From: Perkinsela sp. CCAP 1560/9
Taxonomy: Eukaryota; Protista; Euglenozoa: Kinetoplastea
Reading direction: 5' to 3'
Length of the DNA stretch: 64,000 nt
Assembly: GCA_965644495.1 (NCBI GenBank)
Contig: CBFFSA010000001.1
Location: 2,604,001-2,668,000 of the forward strand
Shown: positions 60,196-64,000 of the stretch, piece after piece
How the letters are laid out: each line of letters opens with the position of its first letter
Position numbering within the stretch: the stretch's first letter is position 1
Position numbers and translations under genes: made by a program
The notes under the pieces: model-generated
Databases searched by the model: none
What the model was told of the DNA's origin: nothing
The model's input: the letters and a program-made list of their open reading frames with translations, nothing else

Positions 60196-63100
60196 TTGCA
60201 GTTTCAGTTTCGTTTGTTGAACGTATTCTTTTCGGAGAATGTTTCAGGGCTTTCTTAACTCCGGTTGCAAAATTGCTCTTAATGTGATCATCCCTAAGCG
60301 CAGACCAGAAGGGCGGCTGTAGTTTCTTTTCTTGTTTTTTCCAACGAAAATTAAAGTTTGAAGATAGTACGCAGTGTCTGGTTGGAATAGGGGGGATGCA
60401 AACCTTTTGTTTACGTATCGACGAGAAAAATCGACGATTTACGATTATATGATCTAGTTGTTTTGTCAATCCTTCTGGATATTTTTTTGGACTTTGGAAA
60501 GCGATATGTCCACTTGCGCCGCGCACAGCATCCTTCATGTGCAGACTGGGCGCCCATTGAATGCAACAAACTGTGTAGCGCCTTAGTCCGCTTAGTGCGG
60601 CATTTCCAGCCTCGTACTGTAAGAAGAGGTGCATTTAAATCTCCGCAAATGATTTTCACAGGGCTTTTATCATCATACCAGGCATCAAACAAATTTTCAT
60701 CAAAGGTACCTTGGATCGATGTGTTAGCTGTTGCAGTGGGGGGGTACACATTGAACAAGAATGCCTTGGTATTCTCCAGTATCCAAAAAAAAAAAATATT
60801 CTCCAGAAAAAAAGAAAAATATTCTCCAGAAGAAGGTTGGCCTTCATTATTCGATCACTAACTTTCTCAACATTGAGAGGGTATCTGCTGATTATTGCCA
60901 TTCCGTTGTATCCGTTAACAGCACTCATCAGATAAAGGTGAATAAGAATTCCGTTAAGAAAAAGCTTACGATGTAAGATGGGATCGTCACCTTGGAACGT
61001 CAGCCTCGTTTCCTGCAGATTCATAATGTCAGCACATTGACATATAAGATTGACTCTTTATATCCGTTGCCTTTACCTTTAGGGTATCAACATTTAGAGT
61101 ACTAATCGTGAACCCCCCTCTCTAGTCCAAAGCGCATGGCCGCCACACGTTTCAACAGCAACCGCTGGAACACGGCAACCAAAACACTTAACCAACCAGA
61201 CACCCAAGAAGAGCGTAGTTGTGTATTGAGTTGAGTAGTGAGGTGGCGGAGTGGCAAGAATTCAAAGTTTGAAGAACATGGTGGTCATACAGCGAGTTCA
61301 AAACCGCTCATCACATTATTACTGGCGATTATTACTTACATTATTACTGGCGCGGTGCGGGTGTAGTTGGTAGACGGTGGGTCTTACAACTTGCAGGTTC
61401 CGGGTTCGATTCCAGCTATCGACAAAACTCGCAACCTGGCGGCCTCACTACAAAGGGAAAGCGATCAGTAGTGCCTTCAAGGCCCACACCCAACCCCGCT
61501 CCCTGGAGGACCGACCCGGAACCGCCTCGCCGAACCAGGCCCCAGCGCAGCCGCTAAATTGCGAGCTGCTTACGCAAAGGAGGCTTGAGACACAGCCTAC
61601 ACGATGCAACGGGGTTGGACGCCCGTCCGGGTAGCTACCGGGATGGTGAACAAAATCACCATCATCCAAATCATTCCGGAATGCTCCGGATGGTCGCTGG
61701 CAATCCAGACCCTTCACAGACAGATTTGGAAGTTCCGATGCCGACGTCCTCTACCAGTTTCCGCTTTTCCAAGGCGGCACCAGGGCGGAGGTGGCGGAGG
61801 TGGCGAAGTGGCAAGAATTCAAAGTTTGAAGCACATAGTGCTCAGACGGCGAGTTCAAACCCGCTCATCGCAATATTCCCGGCGGCCTCACTCTAAGAGG
61901 CTGGGCTGATAACCGACTAGGCCCAGTACTCGGAGGACCGTCCCGGACCCTCCCCTCAGGGAACCAGCTCCCTTACCCGGCTTAAACCTCTTGGGTAAGC
62001 CGTGTTGACGTACAGTTCGTCGACGCAGCGTGTTGGCAACAGCACGTTCGTTCCGCCTTGGAAAAGCGGAAACTGGTGGAGGACGTCGGCCTCGGAACTT
62101 CCAAATCTGTCTGTGAAGGGCCTGGCTTGCCAGTGACCATCCGGAGCAATCCGGAATGATTTGGATTTTGGATTTGGGCGATGAGAGTCTCGGTTTTGGA
62201 TTGAGAACGTTCGGACGGAGAGTTCATCGCTGTTTAAGAGTAAGGAAGAATGTTCTTTGTGTTAAAGTTAAAAAACACAGGGTTACAAGTAATATTATTT
62301 ATAATAAAACACTTCAAAACTACTGTACGTGAGTTTGCGTTTTTGCATTGTAAAAGAAACCCTCTTTACTAGTGTTCGTTAATATGAGCAAATCATTTCA
62401 CCAATAAGTCGGATACCAATTTAAGTGTATCAGACATGTTCTCGAGCAAAACGAAACTCAGTTATTCGATGCAAAAAAAAAAAAAAAAAAAAATTATTCG
62501 ATGCGAAGCCAGATTGAAGAACCAATTTTGAGAATTCAATGATTTTTGAGCTCCGATTTCGTACGAAAGGTTTAATTGGGACAAAACTTAGCTTCAGGGG
62601 GGCCTAAAAGATAAAACAACCACACTAAATTCCTTAGCTCGGTACAATAAAAGAAACCGGCTTCACATATAATAACTGAGTTTCGTTTTGCTCGAGAACA
62701 CTCTCTTATCACCTAATCTCCATCCCCTCTTAATGTGAACTAACGCATCCATGAGTTAACATTCAACTTAAATGGAGTGTACACTTATCTCTCGCAATCT
62801 AATAATAACCAAAAACAAATACTTTCTGTCTTTCGCACCGCATATGGGTCTTGAAGGCATTGCTTATCGCTCTACCTTTATAGTGAGGCCGCCAGGGTGC
62901 CAGTTGTGTCAACAGAGTGAATCGAACCCCCAACCTGCAGGTTGTAAGGCCCACCGTCTTCCAACTGCACCCGCACCCATTTTTCAAGGGGTGTTCTATG
63001 CCAGCACATGGAGAAGAATCGAATGAAACCCAAGTGTCTACAGGTATATCAGGCCCCAAACTCTCAAAAAACGGTCTAGGAGTTGATTTGGGAAAAAAAT

Positions 63101-64000
63101 AATTTTTAACTTTCACCCATAAATTTTTAGTTTTTTTTTTGAAAATTGCAAAAATTGCTATGATCACCTTGGTGGGGGGGGGGCAGCGGTACCCATCGGA
63201 ATTGTTGAAAAACTAGTGATCTCGTCACTCAATTCGATTCATACGTCTTCCTTTTTTCCTTGCGCCTCCTCCATCCTCATCGGCCACACACTTCAAGGTA
63301 AATTTTGGACTATGTAGGTGTATTATCGGCACAGGGTGGAGAAATATCAAATGAAATCAAAGAGTATACAGGTATAGAAGGCTCCAAACTCTCAAAAAAC
63401 GGTATAGGAGTTGATTTGGGAAAAATATATTTTTTCACTTTCACCCATAAATTTTTATTTTTTTTTGCAAAATTTCAAAAATTGCTATGATCACCCTGGT
63501 GGGGAGGTGGGGGGGGGCAGTGGGTACACATCGGAATTGTTGAAAAACTGTTAGTTCCGCCATAGTGACAGCAACTATTGGGTTGAAGAGTCACTAGTGA
63601 GTTCTCTATTGAGTTGCACGCATCTGGATTGCTAAAACTCAATAGTAAACTCAATAGTAGCTGAAGTGTGTTTCTATTATTGAGTCTGAACTTAATAGTT
63701 CCTATGAAACTTGTGTACTATTGAGTCTGAACTTCATACCTAATTTTTTTGTAGTCCAATAATTTTTTTTGATTTCGTCAAAATTGTTTTCCCAGAAACG
63801 ATTTCTAGTACATGTTTGAGAGTTTAAAGCCTTAGCTATTGTACCCTGACTGTTCAAGATGATCACTTTACAAACAAAACTATTGAACCTTCCTGGTACT
63901 CTAAAAATCATTTCTAGATTTCTGATTATTTAAGTCATATCTTGTGAAACGGACCTACTGAACGTCATCCAAACAATGGCCAAGGAAAAGAAGCAACTTA

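Larger units (their letters stand above)
34160..64000. repeat. Head-to-tail tandem array of a 6,485-bp unit (units start at 34160, 40645, 47130, 53615, 60100; last one partial)
   Basis: Every ORF recurs at +6485. I noticed only a few substitutions between copies (35193, 41509, 34634/47604, 47123); this was not an exhaustive alignment. Confidence 0.98.

Overview
Eukaryotic DNA, most likely a kinetoplastid. The lineage call is an inference from intron-less genes all on the + strand, polypyrimidine-AG acceptors before start codons and a trypanosomatid-type mitoribosomal uL13. Bases 1-21.5 kb are a unidirectional housekeeping gene cluster: AP-4 epsilon, LOTUS-like, MCM7, uL13m, ARM-repeat, RRM-CCHC, TFIIS-like, enoyl-CoA isomerase, carnosine N-methyltransferase, a hypothetical protein, NASP-like TPR, NDPK and RNase Z. 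MITE-like elements sit in the intergenic spaces. From 21.6 kb onward the window is mobile DNA: MITEs and hairpins, a Helitron Rep/PIF1 gene (one frame, three in-frame stops), a decayed APE-RT-RNase H non-LTR retrotransposon, and a near-perfect head-to-tail array of a 6,485-bp unit (at least 4.6 copies, running off the window). Each unit carries the LINE 5' part, a cluster of tRNA-headed structured RNA/SINE-like elements, a MITE and a DDE-type transposase ORF. The most unusual signals are: (i) a sharp C-rich to G-rich switch inside several coding genes; (ii) Pol III-type, tRNA-headed structured RNAs in which two different heads share one base-paired core; (iii) the amplicon itself, with a microhomology junction and a chimeric transposase; (iv) recurrent poly(A)-plus-duplication micro-insertions.
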